Shown: positions 55,574 to 64,000 of the stretch, one piece after another
How the letters are laid out: each line of letters opens with the position of its first letter
Position numbering within the stretch: the stretch's first letter is position 1
DNA from: Terrimicrobiaceae bacterium
Lineage (GTDB): Bacteria > Verrucomicrobiota > Verrucomicrobiia > Chthoniobacterales > Terrimicrobiaceae
Reading direction: 5' to 3'
DNA length: 64,000 nucleotides
Assembly (NCBI GenBank): GCA_044342325.1
Contig: JBIIPZ010000002.1
Coordinates: 64,001 to 128,000 of the forward strand
The notes under the pieces: model-generated
What the model saw: only the letters and a program-made list of their open reading frames with translations
Database searches by the model: none
What the model was told of the DNA's origin: nothing
Translations under genes and position numbers: made by a program

Positions 55574-58345
55574 GTGCCCGAAACGATTTTTTTAAGAAAA
55601 CAGACTGCGCTGGCTTCTCAGGTGGCGGAGGTTTTACTCAAAGACGAGGGTGGAGATTTGAGCCGAGTCGAGGTGTGGATTCCGACGGCGGGGGCGGGGC
55701 GCAGGATTCGGCGGGCTTTGGCTGAGAAGGGTGTGCTTTCGCCGCGTTTCAGGCAGCCGATGCGGGCGCTTTTGCCAGATGGTGTGCGGATCGCAGAGAC
55801 GTTTGAGCGAGAAGGGGCTTGGGCAAAGGCGCTCAAGGAAGTCAGTAGGGCATTTTTGGAACCGCTTTTTTCAGATGCTAAGTTGGATACGGATGCTGCT
55901 CGCCTCAAAAGCGGCGGCGTGTTGTGCGATCTCTGCGATTTGCTAGCAGAGGCAGGTTGGCGCCCTTTGGATGCCCATGTAGGTAAAGTGTGCGGCGAGG
56001 ATGGAGCGCGATGGGAGGTGCTCGGTCGAGTTTACCAGTGTTATCTCGCTGTTTTAATGGATCATGGCCTGACAGATCCCAACGAGGCCAGATTCGAGCA
56101 AATGGCGACTCCCTCTCAAGCGGTTGGGATCGGTCGATTGGTCATCGCTTGCGTTCCTGATTTGCCGTTGGCCGCGCAGCGTTATGCCGAAGCATTGGAA
56201 AAGGTCGGCGTTAAGGTTGAGGTTCTCGTGTGGTTGCCAGGGGAGTTGAGTGGAGGCTTCGATGCCTGGGGTCGGCCTGATTCGAAGGAATGGGCAGGAT
56301 GCCAAGTGATCGTAGATTCCAGGAAGATTGCCGTTGCGCGTTCGCCAGAGGATGAGGCGCGCCAGGCTCTGGACTTTGCTGTCTCCTCAAAAACGCCGGG
56401 CGACTATGCGGTGGTTTTGGCTGATGCAAAGCTTGGAAGCACTTTTCGCAGCGAGGTGGAAAGGCGCGGAGGCAACGCATTCTTGCCAGATGGAGGCCGC
56501 TTGGATCTCACTGAAGCGGGAGTGATCGCCCTGGAATGGGCGCGTTTTCAGTCATCCGGCGATTTGCGTGTTTTGCGGAGGTTGATCGAGTTGCCACGCT
56601 TCAGTCGTGTGTTGCGAGGCGATTCAGATCTGAAAACCGACGAGGCCTTGGCGGCTTGCGATTTTCTGATCGGTGAGGCGGTTCTTTCCGATCTGTCCCA
56701 AGCAGAAGCCTTCGTCGATGTGACCTTCGATCCGGAAAAAGATAAATCCCAACGCCGTGCACAGTCGCGGATTGTTATTAGGCTGGTGAAATCGCTTTTA
56801 CCTGAGTCCGCTTCCGACATTCTCGCGAAGGCTTGGAGATCAGGCGGCGAGGGGCTCGAAACCGCTCGAAATGTGGCGAGTTTACACAGGGCCATTGTCA
56901 TGTCCCCACTCTGTAGCGATGGCGAAGCCTGTATCGAAACCGCATTTGCCCGGGCTTTGAAATCCGAGCCTGTCTTTGATTCCTCCCAATCTGGGGATGT
57001 TGAGTTGTCGGGTTGGCTCGAAGCGCCCTGGATTGCGGCGGGGCGTCTGGCTTTATGCGGGTGCGTCGAGGGTTCTTTGCCATCCTCGGTTAATGGTCAT
57101 CCATTTCTTCCGGATTCCAAACGCCGCGCGCTTGGCTTGGCAGATAACGCCTCCCGATTTGCCCGCGATGCCTACCTTTTTCAATGCTTGTTGCTCTCGC
57201 GACCTGCAGAGGAATTCCTAAGTTCGTTCAGCCGCTTCGATGCTGAGGGGAGTCCGACCTTACCCTCCCGTCTCTTCCTGCGCTGCCGTGAAGAGGCATT
57301 GCCAGCGCGCGTGCTGGAGCTTTTTGGCGAAATACCTAGCGGCGGGACTCGCGCTCAGCGTCGAAACAATTGGAAATGGAGCCTGCCCGAAGACATGCGC
57401 CGCAAGGTTTCTAAAATGAGCCCGACGGATTTTTCGGAGTATCTTGCATGCCCTTTCCGCTATTACCTCAAAAAAGTCCTTTGGCTCGATGCTTTCATCC
57501 CGGATGCGCGCGAGATGGATGCGAGACGATTCGGGACTTTGGTGCATGAGGCAGTCGAAAAGTTTGGGAGGGAAACGCCACACGAGGCTGATCCCGTTAA
57601 GATAGAGCGTCTGGTCCTGAGCCATCTCGATGAATCGGTTTACCGGCTTTTCGGTCCCTCACCGTCACCTGCCGTGCGTATCCAAGTGGAAGCCGCTATG
57701 CTGCGCTTGAAAGCATTCTCGCGCATTCAGTCGGAGGTGGTGGCCGAAGGGTGGCGAATCGTCTCCACCGAGCGCAAGCTCGAGGCCGTAGGCGAAAATC
57801 CTCTGCTCATTGGGCCACTGAGACTTTCCGGAAAAATCGATCGCATAGAGCAAAATATCCTAACCGGTGCCTGGCGGGTGCTGGATTACAAAACCCATGC
57901 TAAGGCGATTCCCCCCTCAAAAAAGCATTTCGGGCCGAGACTATCCACCGAATGGTTGCCGCCAGCGTTGGTGGAATACCACGATGGCAGGAGGCAAAAT
58001 ACAAAGCGTTGGGCTGATCTGCAGCTCCCCCTCTATCGGAAGATTCTGCGTCATTGGCACGGAGCTGAAATTGGCGATATGCCCGTCTTCACAGCCTATT
58101 TCACGCTCTCTGCCGATCCGGCGGAAACGGCCGTGCAGGAATTTACTGAACTCAACGATGAGGTCATGGCTTCCGCGATGGATTGCGCGAAGGAGATCAC
58201 CGAGCGTGTGCATAGGGGGCTCTTCTGGCCGCCTCAGCCTTTGAAAACTTCGTGGGATGATCCCTTCGAGCCACTCTTTCTCAATGGAAATCCCACCGCC
58301 TGCATCGCGCCGGAGACCATCGCTTTCTTGGAGGGTAACCAATGA
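55574..58345 (+). CDS. AddB/RexB-like subunit with C-terminal PD-(D/E)XK nuclease
   Basis: SPT....Y..CPFRYY, G...H, GKIDRIE, LDYKT, LQLPLY; coupled to downstream helicase. Confidence 0.85.
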   Translation: MPETIFLRKQTALASQVAEVLLKDEGGDLSRVEVWIPTAGAGRRIRRALAEKGVLSPRFRQPMRALLPDGVRIAETFEREGAWAKALKEVSRAFLEPLFSDAKLDTDAARLKSGGVLCDLCDLLAEAGWRPLDAHVGKVCGEDGARWEVLGRVYQCYLAVLMDHGLTDPNEARFEQMATPSQAVGIGRLVIACVPDLPLAAQRYAEALEKVGVKVEVLVWLPGELSGGFDAWGRPDSKEWAGCQVIVDSRKIAVARSPEDEARQALDFAVSSKTPGDYAVVLADAKLGSTFRSEVERRGGNAFLPDGGRLDLTEAGVIALEWARFQSSGDLRVLRRLIELPRFSRVLRGDSDLKTDEALAACDFLIGEAVLSDLSQAEAFVDVTFDPEKDKSQRRAQSRIVIRLVKSLLPESASDILAKAWRSGGEGLETARNVASLHRAIVMSPLCSDGEACIETAFARALKSEPVFDSSQSGDVELSGWLEAPWIAAGRLALCGCVEGSLPSSVNGHPFLPDSKRRALGLADNASRFARDAYLFQCLLLSRPAEEFLSSFSRFDAEGSPTLPSRLFLRCREEALPARVLELFGEIPSGGTRAQRRNNWKWSLPEDMRRKVSKMSPTDFSEYLACPFRYYLKKVLWLDAFIPDAREMDARRFGTLVHEAVEKFGRETPHEADPVKIERLVLSHLDESVYRLFGPSPSPAVRIQVEAAMLRLKAFSRIQSEVVAEGWRIVSTERKLEAVGENPLLIGPLRLSGKIDRIEQNILTGAWRVLDYKTHAKAIPPSKKHFGPRLSTEWLPPALVEYHDGRRQNTKRWADLQLPLYRKILRHWHGAEIGDMPVFTAYFTLSADPAETAVQEFTELNDEVMASAMDCAKEITERVHRGLFWPPQPLKTSWDDPFEPLFLNGNPTACIAPETIAFLEGNQ

Positions 58346-61300
58346 GAAACGAACGACTGATCGCCAATGCCGGGAGCGGTAAGACCTATGCGCTCACCAC
58401 GCGCATGATCCAGCTCCTCGCCCAAAATGTGGAGCCACGCAAAATCGCAGCGCTCACATTTACCCGCAAATCTGCCGGGGAATTTCTCTCAGGCGTCTTT
58501 GAGCGCCTTGCCAAGGCTGCCTTGGAGCCGGACAAACTCGCCGAACTCCAGGCCAAGGAATATCTTCAATATATCGATGCAGCTCAGTGTCGCGCCATGC
58601 TGGCCAAGCTTGCCCTGCAACTCGGCAGTCTCGGTATGGGGACTATAGATAGCCTCTTCGCCCGTATCGCCCGCGCCTTTCCTCTCGAGTCTGGCCTTGC
58701 CGAAGACTTTTCCATGGCGGGAGAGGCCGAGGTTCAAGCCGCTCGTGAGAGAACGCTGGCCGCCCTCTTCGCGACGGAGTCATCCGCCTCACTCTCTAGT
58801 TTTATTGACCTCCTCCGACGCATCAGCCGCGCTCACGGCGAGAGGAATGTCTTTGAAAATCTCCTGCGCGAAACAAAAAACCTCCACGGAAAATTCCTCG
58901 CCACGCCACAGGATGTGGCATGGGGTGATATCGATGGAATCTGGGGGGCGGAAGGATGTGCGATACTGAATGCTGGAGCGGTTTCCTCAGCTGCTGATGT
59001 TTTTCTTGATGCGGTTCTGCAAACGCACGAGGACTTCTCAGACGAGGCGGAAAATATTCTTCGGAGTAATTTGAATTCTTTGCGCAGCCTTGATGCAGGG
59101 GGCAAATGGACCAATGACATTTCAAAATTCATCAAGGATCGCCTCTGCGCGGAGCCAACATCTGGAACCCTGCGGATCACGCCCAAAAAAGAAGGCTGGT
59201 TGAATCTCAATACGCGGGTCAGGGCCGCCCGACTGGATCTTCTCCATGCCGCTCTCAAGCCCGAATTCGAAGCCGTGCTCCAGCGCAGTCGCTCTCTCCA
59301 CGCTTTCATGCGAAAATTCGAGACCTCCTACGCAGCGCTGGTCCGCTCGGCGGGATTGGTCACTTTCAGCGATATTACGGATTCGCTGGCTCAGAAGGCT
59401 GATGATATCTCTTGGCGCACATCTGCCGGTTATCGCATTGACCAGACATTCGAGCACTGGCTCCTTGACGAGTTTCAGGACACCAGCCGTCCACAGTGGA
59501 AAATTCTCAAAACCTTCATCGATGAGGTGTTCATGGATCCAGAAGCCCAGCGCAGCTTTTTCTATGTGGGCGACACCAAACAGGCGATTTACTCATGGCG
59601 TGGAGGAGATCCGGATTTGTTTTTTGAGATCTTCGATGAAATTAACGAAAACGCTCCAATCATTCAGATTGCTGATCCTCTCAGCGAATCCTGGCGCTCT
59701 TGCCAGCCGATTCTGGATTTTGTGAACAAGGTTTTCGGTGACCTTGCGCCCATCAAAGGCCCCCTTGAAATTCCTCATGCCGCCGCTGAAAAGTGGGCTA
59801 AAGCCTGGTCGGAACATGTCACCTCGCCAAGAACCTCCAAAATCAAAGGCTACGCAGAGTGGATACCTGTTCGGAAAAGCGACGAGAGCAATGAAGAAGA
59901 GGGTGAAGCGCCCGACCAAAGGATTCTCGAAATCCTGCAATCCACCAGGGCCTGGGAGCGAGGGCTCTCCTGCGCTGTTCTCAAACGCGACAACAACGGC
60001 GTTGAGGCACTGGCCGCGCTCCTGCAGTCCAAAGGAATCCCTGTGGCAGTCGAGGGTAAAACAAACCCCTGCATGGACAATCCGCTGGGAGCCGCGATCA
60101 TGGCAGCTCTCCGCTTATGTGCCTCTCCGGACGATGCCCTTGCGGCCTCATTTGTGCGCGGATTTCCGGCCACAGAGGCATGGGGGGTGGGTGATATTTG
60201 GAAATTCCGCAACCAAACTTTAGCCCGTCTGGCGCAATCGGGATTCGCCGCGACGATTCGCCAGTGGATCGAGGCGTCTGGTCTCCAAGCCGAGCCGTTT
60301 TTACAGGAACGCGCCGACGCTTTCTTGTTGGCTGCTGAAGAATTCGATGCCTGCCGCAAATCGTCGGATGGAATTCTGAATTTTCTGAACTTTATCGAAA
60401 AGCGACAGACCCAGGAAAATGAAGCTTCAGATGTTGTTCGTGTGATGACCGTTCACCAATCTAAGGGTCTTGGTTTCGACATGGTCATCGCCAGCGGACT
60501 TGATAAAAAAGGTGGCGCGAATGATGGATCCCATCTCGCCCTTGGTCCTACTGCCAAGGAAGTGAAATGGGGAGTTCTTATGCCCGCAAAAGATTTTGCC
60601 GAGCAGGATAATGAGCTTCGCAAGCAGGTTGAAATCCAAGACGCTGATGACAAATACAGTGAGATTTGCACCGCCTATGTGGCACTGACCCGAGCCAAAA
60701 AAGCCCTCTATGTTGTGACAACCGAGTTGGCGGAAAAGACAACATCCAAGAATTTCGCTCGCCATCTCGCTCTTCAATTCGGCGCCTCATCAGCACAATT
60801 CGGCGATGCCAATTGGTTCGAGGCTTATGCAATAAAAAAAACCGTCTCAACAGGCGCAGTCCTGCCGCTTGCCTTTCACGCTCCACTCGAGGGAACTCCC
60901 AAGCCGACCTCGCCTTCCTCTTTCAAATCCCAATCCGCGCCGGGGGCGGGCTTTTCAGGGCTTTCCCTCGATGCGGTGGAACTTGGAATCGAGGTTCACA
61001 AGGTCCTTGCCGACATCGAGTGGATGAACTCATCCGTTCCGCAGAGCGGAGATCTGTCGCACGAAGCTGCCGGACTCTTGCATGGCTTTCTTAAAAAACC
61101 AATTGCTCGGGAGGTATTCTCCAAACCGACAGGATGCTTCGACCTCTGGCGCGAAAAGGCGTTCGATCTGATGATTGATGGCGAGTGGGTGAGCGGCATC
61201 TTTGACCGTGTCGTCATTCATTGTTCACCAGAAGGTCAACCCGTCTCGGCAACGATTTACGACTTCAAAACCGACCATGGCACCGACACAGAGATCGAGG

Positions 61301-61404
61301 AACGCTACATCGGCCAAATGGCAATCTATCGGCAAGCAGTTTGTAAATTGCTCGCAATCCCGAGCGAAAGCGTAACTACGAAAATCGTCCGCCTCCGTGG
61401 TTGA
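58342..61404 (+). CDS. AddA/RecB-like UvrD helicase-nuclease
   Basis: ANAGSGKT, TFTRK.A, DEFQDTS, VGD.KQAIY.WRG, MTVHQSKGL, YVALTRA, G.FDR, DFKT. Confidence 0.9.
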   Translation: MRNERLIANAGSGKTYALTTRMIQLLAQNVEPRKIAALTFTRKSAGEFLSGVFERLAKAALEPDKLAELQAKEYLQYIDAAQCRAMLAKLALQLGSLGMGTIDSLFARIARAFPLESGLAEDFSMAGEAEVQAARERTLAALFATESSASLSSFIDLLRRISRAHGERNVFENLLRETKNLHGKFLATPQDVAWGDIDGIWGAEGCAILNAGAVSSAADVFLDAVLQTHEDFSDEAENILRSNLNSLRSLDAGGKWTNDISKFIKDRLCAEPTSGTLRITPKKEGWLNLNTRVRAARLDLLHAALKPEFEAVLQRSRSLHAFMRKFETSYAALVRSAGLVTFSDITDSLAQKADDISWRTSAGYRIDQTFEHWLLDEFQDTSRPQWKILKTFIDEVFMDPEAQRSFFYVGDTKQAIYSWRGGDPDLFFEIFDEINENAPIIQIADPLSESWRSCQPILDFVNKVFGDLAPIKGPLEIPHAAAEKWAKAWSEHVTSPRTSKIKGYAEWIPVRKSDESNEEEGEAPDQRILEILQSTRAWERGLSCAVLKRDNNGVEALAALLQSKGIPVAVEGKTNPCMDNPLGAAIMAALRLCASPDDALAASFVRGFPATEAWGVGDIWKFRNQTLARLAQSGFAATIRQWIEASGLQAEPFLQERADAFLLAAEEFDACRKSSDGILNFLNFIEKRQTQENEASDVVRVMTVHQSKGLGFDMVIASGLDKKGGANDGSHLALGPTAKEVKWGVLMPAKDFAEQDNELRKQVEIQDADDKYSEICTAYVALTRAKKALYVVTTELAEKTTSKNFARHLALQFGASSAQFGDANWFEAYAIKKTVSTGAVLPLAFHAPLEGTPKPTSPSSFKSQSAPGAGFSGLSLDAVELGIEVHKVLADIEWMNSSVPQSGDLSHEAAGLLHGFLKKPIAREVFSKPTGCFDLWREKAFDLMIDGEWVSGIFDRVVIHCSPEGQPVSATIYDFKTDHGTDTEIEERYIGQMAIYRQAVCKLLAIPSESVTTKIVRLRG

Positions 61405-61486
61405 AATCATCAGCCGGCTAATGAGTCATCAGCAGAATTGTGCTCTTGGCTTGAGGCGTTGAGTGTATTGCGTCAGATTCGGGCCA

Positions 61487-62488
61487 ATGAAAAAATCCGG
61501 GTGTCTCGTGGCGTTTCTGCTCGTGGCGGTTTGTGCGAGCATGTTTGTGAATTTGCTTTTGCTGGCTTTGATTGGAACCAGAGGAGCAGCGGCGATGGCG
61601 GGGGTGAAGGTTCTTCCTCAGAAGGAATATGAGGAGGAGGTGCTTTCCGAGGGTTCGGAGTCGCATTCCAAGGTTGCCGTCATTCCGCTGGATGGGGTGA
61701 TCGGCTTTGGCATGAGTGGAAGCCTAGGGGATTCGATGGTCGAGGATTTCAAGGCCGCATTGGAGCAGGCTGCGGCGGATCATCATGTGAAGGCTGTCAT
61801 CGTTGAAATGGACTCGCCCGGTGGTGAGATCACGGCGTCGGATGTCCTCTACGATGCGTTGCGGAATTTTCCTGAAGAGAAGCCGGTGATTGCTTATTTC
61901 AATTCGATCGGGGCCTCGGGGGCATATTACACGGCCTGTGGAGCGGATTGGATCATGTGCAACGACACGACTTTCACCGGCAGCATTGGCGTCATTATTT
62001 CAACTCTCAACTACCGTGATCTCTTCGGAAAAATCGGCCTCGAGTCGGTGGTTTTCAAAAGCGGAAAGTTCAAGGATATGCTCAACGGTGCTCGTGAGAT
62101 GAGCAAAGAGGAGAAGGAGTATGTGCAGGGGCTCGTCATGCAAAGCTATGAGCGATTCCTCGGCATCGTCGCCTCCGCGCGCAAGCTGGATGCCGCCACG
62201 CTGCGAAATGGTCCTGCCGATGGGCGCATTCTCAGCGGCACGGATGCCTATGCCGCAAAGTTGGTGGATGAGTTAGGCTACATCGAAGACGCCTACGAAA
62301 AGGCCCGCACGCTCGGCAAGGCTCCTGGCGCCGAGGTAGTCCGTTATGTGCGGACCTACAGTTTCGACCGCTTCCTGCGGCTGTTTGGCGAGTCTGCATC
62401 GGCAAAGGTCGAGATCGGCCTGCCGGGCAAAAAATACGCCCTTGAGCCCGGTCGCATCTACTTGCTGCCTCCATTCTTCGCGCCCTGA
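61487..62488 (+). CDS. sppA: Signal peptide peptidase SppA (S49, short form)
   Basis: DSPGG, ASGAYY, TGSIGV, SGKFKD, DGR, LVDELG. Confidence 0.92.
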   Translation: MKKSGCLVAFLLVAVCASMFVNLLLLALIGTRGAAAMAGVKVLPQKEYEEEVLSEGSESHSKVAVIPLDGVIGFGMSGSLGDSMVEDFKAALEQAAADHHVKAVIVEMDSPGGEITASDVLYDALRNFPEEKPVIAYFNSIGASGAYYTACGADWIMCNDTTFTGSIGVIISTLNYRDLFGKIGLESVVFKSGKFKDMLNGAREMSKEEKEYVQGLVMQSYERFLGIVASARKLDAATLRNGPADGRILSGTDAYAAKLVDELGYIEDAYEKARTLGKAPGAEVVRYVRTYSFDRFLRLFGESASAKVEIGLPGKKYALEPGRIYLLPPFFAP

Positions 62489-62501
62489 GGAGGGACGACT
62501 C

Positions 62502-62876
62502 GTGAAAAAAACGCGTATCGATACATCTGGGCAGCAGGGGGCGTTGCAATCGCCCTTCGCCGCATTGCAAATGGAAGGGCTCCCCGAGGCGCCGCCGCAA
62601 CCTGAGCCAGAAACGATCGTCTCCGCGCCAACAAAAATGGGTCGCGTCGTTCTGCGTCGCGAGAAGGCCCAGAGAGGTGGAAAAACGGTCGTGGTGGTAT
62701 CGGACTTCGAAGCCCGCATTTCAGAAGCCGAAATTGAGGACCTTGGCCGCAAGGCACGCCAAGCCTGTGGATGCGGAGGCACAGTGCGCGGACGCGAGAT
62801 TGAACTTCAAGGCGACAACGCACCCAAAGTTCGAGCCTTTTTCGAATCCACCGGATTCCGCGTCGCTGGTGTCTAA
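62502..62876 (+). CDS. yciH: Translation initiation factor SUI1/YciH family
   Basis: GAGGAGG SD before GTG; RGGKTV, CGCGGTV, IELQGD. Confidence 0.88.
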   Translation: MKKTRIDTSGQQGALQSPFAALQMEGLPEAPPQPEPETIVSAPTKMGRVVLRREKAQRGGKTVVVVSDFEARISEAEIEDLGRKARQACGCGGTVRGREIELQGDNAPKVRAFFESTGFRVAGV

Positions 62877-62887
62877 GCGGCGCGGGG

Positions 62888-63922
62888 TTACTTTTTTAGC
62901 TCCACAATTTTTCCGCCGTTGCGGTTGGAGATGCGCTTGAGTTCTTTGGTGTCTTCTTTGTTGGCTTCGAAGGTGATGAAGTTGAAGCGGCAGGGGTCGT
63001 CTTTTGCGTCTTTGACGGCATCGGCGGCTTTTTTGAAATCGTTCCACGGGATGCCTTGCGGGTTGAGGGATGATTGGAAGCTGCCGTCGGAGATGAGGAA
63101 GACGACATCGGGTTTCATTTTGGCGGCGAGTTCGAGGACGCCGATGACGCCGTTCGGGCTGGAGATGCCCTTGCCGGAGGAGGGGATCATGCCGGATTCG
63201 ACCCATTCGTTTTCCACCCAGGCGGTGGCGGCGTCGCGATTGGATTGGGATGCGGGGACGAGTTCCTCGCTGAAGGGTTTGTAGTTTCGGGAGAATTGGA
63301 CAATGCCGAAGCGGGAGGTGATGGGGAGTTTTTTGATGAGCTCGATGGTTTCGAGTTTGATTTTCGTGAGGGGGACGCCTGCTTTTTCGGCCTTGGTTTT
63401 AACCGAGGTCGAGACATCGAACATGAGGAGGATGCGTTGGCCATCGGATTGGATGCCGAGAAAGCTCATGCCTTTTCCAAATCCACCGCTGCCGGTGGCG
63501 GCGGAGCCTGCGCCCGCGCCCATCGCCTCGCTTGTGCTGAGGGAGGAGACTTGATCGGCGATGATTTGGGACCGGTCCAGTGGCAGCATCTGGTCGAGTG
63601 GCAGGTCGGGCACTGCGGGCAGGGAAAAAGCAGTCGGGCGGCTGCTTTGGAGTTTGTCGTTGAAGGTTGGCTTCGGTGCGATGGCATCGAGCGCAGCCAT
63701 GTTCATTTTGTGTTCCCGTTTTTTTGCCGGGAGGCGGATGTCGCGTTGGACGACAAAATTCGCGGGTGGGGGGAATATGTATTTTGCCACGATGAAGATG
63801 CCCGCAACCACGCCGGCAGCGAGGTGAAGGAGGATGACTCCGATGAGAATCGAGGAGAGCATGGCCCAGCGGCGTTTCTTGGCTGCGGCGCTTTCGGAGA
63901 GGAATGATTCGATGGCGGCCAT
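62888..63922 (-). CDS. Membrane-anchored vWA domain protein
   Basis: TM with LLH, Pro-rich linker, FLG, MIDAS-like DVSTS...LISDG. Confidence 0.75.
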   Translation of the reverse strand: MAAIESFLSESAAAKKRRWAMLSSILIGVILLHLAAGVVAGIFIVAKYIFPPPANFVVQRDIRLPAKKREHKMNMAALDAIAPKPTFNDKLQSSRPTAFSLPAVPDLPLDQMLPLDRSQIIADQVSSLSTSEAMGAGAGSAATGSGGFGKGMSFLGIQSDGQRILLMFDVSTSVKTKAEKAGVPLTKIKLETIELIKKLPITSRFGIVQFSRNYKPFSEELVPASQSNRDAATAWVENEWVESGMIPSSGKGISSPNGVIGVLELAAKMKPDVVFLISDGSFQSSLNPQGIPWNDFKKAADAVKDAKDDPCRFNFITFEANKEDTKELKRISNRNGGKIVELKK

Positions 63923-63924
63923 GT

Positions 63925-64000
63925 TTACTCCTCCTCTGCGGCATCGGCGAATGTGACGCCGGTGATTTTTGCCTGCGCACAAGCATTGAGCACTTGGACG
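63925..64000 (-). CDS. ExbD/TolR family protein, C-terminal end (5' truncated by window)
   Basis: VQVLNACAQAKITGVTFADAAEEE*, similar to the ExbD C-termini at 30545 and 31099. Confidence 0.7.
   Translation of the reverse strand, partial: VQVLNACAQAKITGVTFADAAEEE

Overview
Gene-dense bacterial chromosomal segment with about 64 CDSs and no rRNA, tRNA or CRISPR array that I can recognise. The PVC-type L28 sequence, the TPR-ExbB-ExbD-ExbD and ExbD-vWA modules and the many SD-less starts suggest Verrucomicrobiota, probably Chthoniobacterales/Spartobacteria-like (inference). Most genes are housekeeping: gcvP end, copA, rpmB, rodA, galE-lptD-ugd, ispE, pyrF, glnD, metG, thiD, rlmI, rpmH-rnpA-yidD-yidC-jag-yhbY, hisBHA, rnr, lhgO, addBA-like, sppA and yciH. 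Small accessory units are interspersed: a four-helix-bundle/Zn-ribbon gene carrying palindromic 9-bp GATC repeat arrays, an XRE plus ImmA/IrrE pair with a candidate operator, a SNF2-SWIM pair and an Rpn/YhgA nuclease with a candidate internal small ORF. Best candidates for undescribed biology: (1) an operon of HAD-IIA phosphatase, Mpv17/PMP22-like membrane protein and a PfkB protein whose catalytic GAGD motif reads GAGH, behind a structured, switch-like leader; (2) the in-frame palindromic repeats in the four-helix-bundle gene; (3) a forced rpmH/rnpA dual-coding overlap; (4) a TonB/TolA-type SxxxH-anchored OmpA protein together with a TonB-less ExbB(Zn-ribbon)-ExbD-ExbD motor. All family calls come from motif recognition, not database searches.
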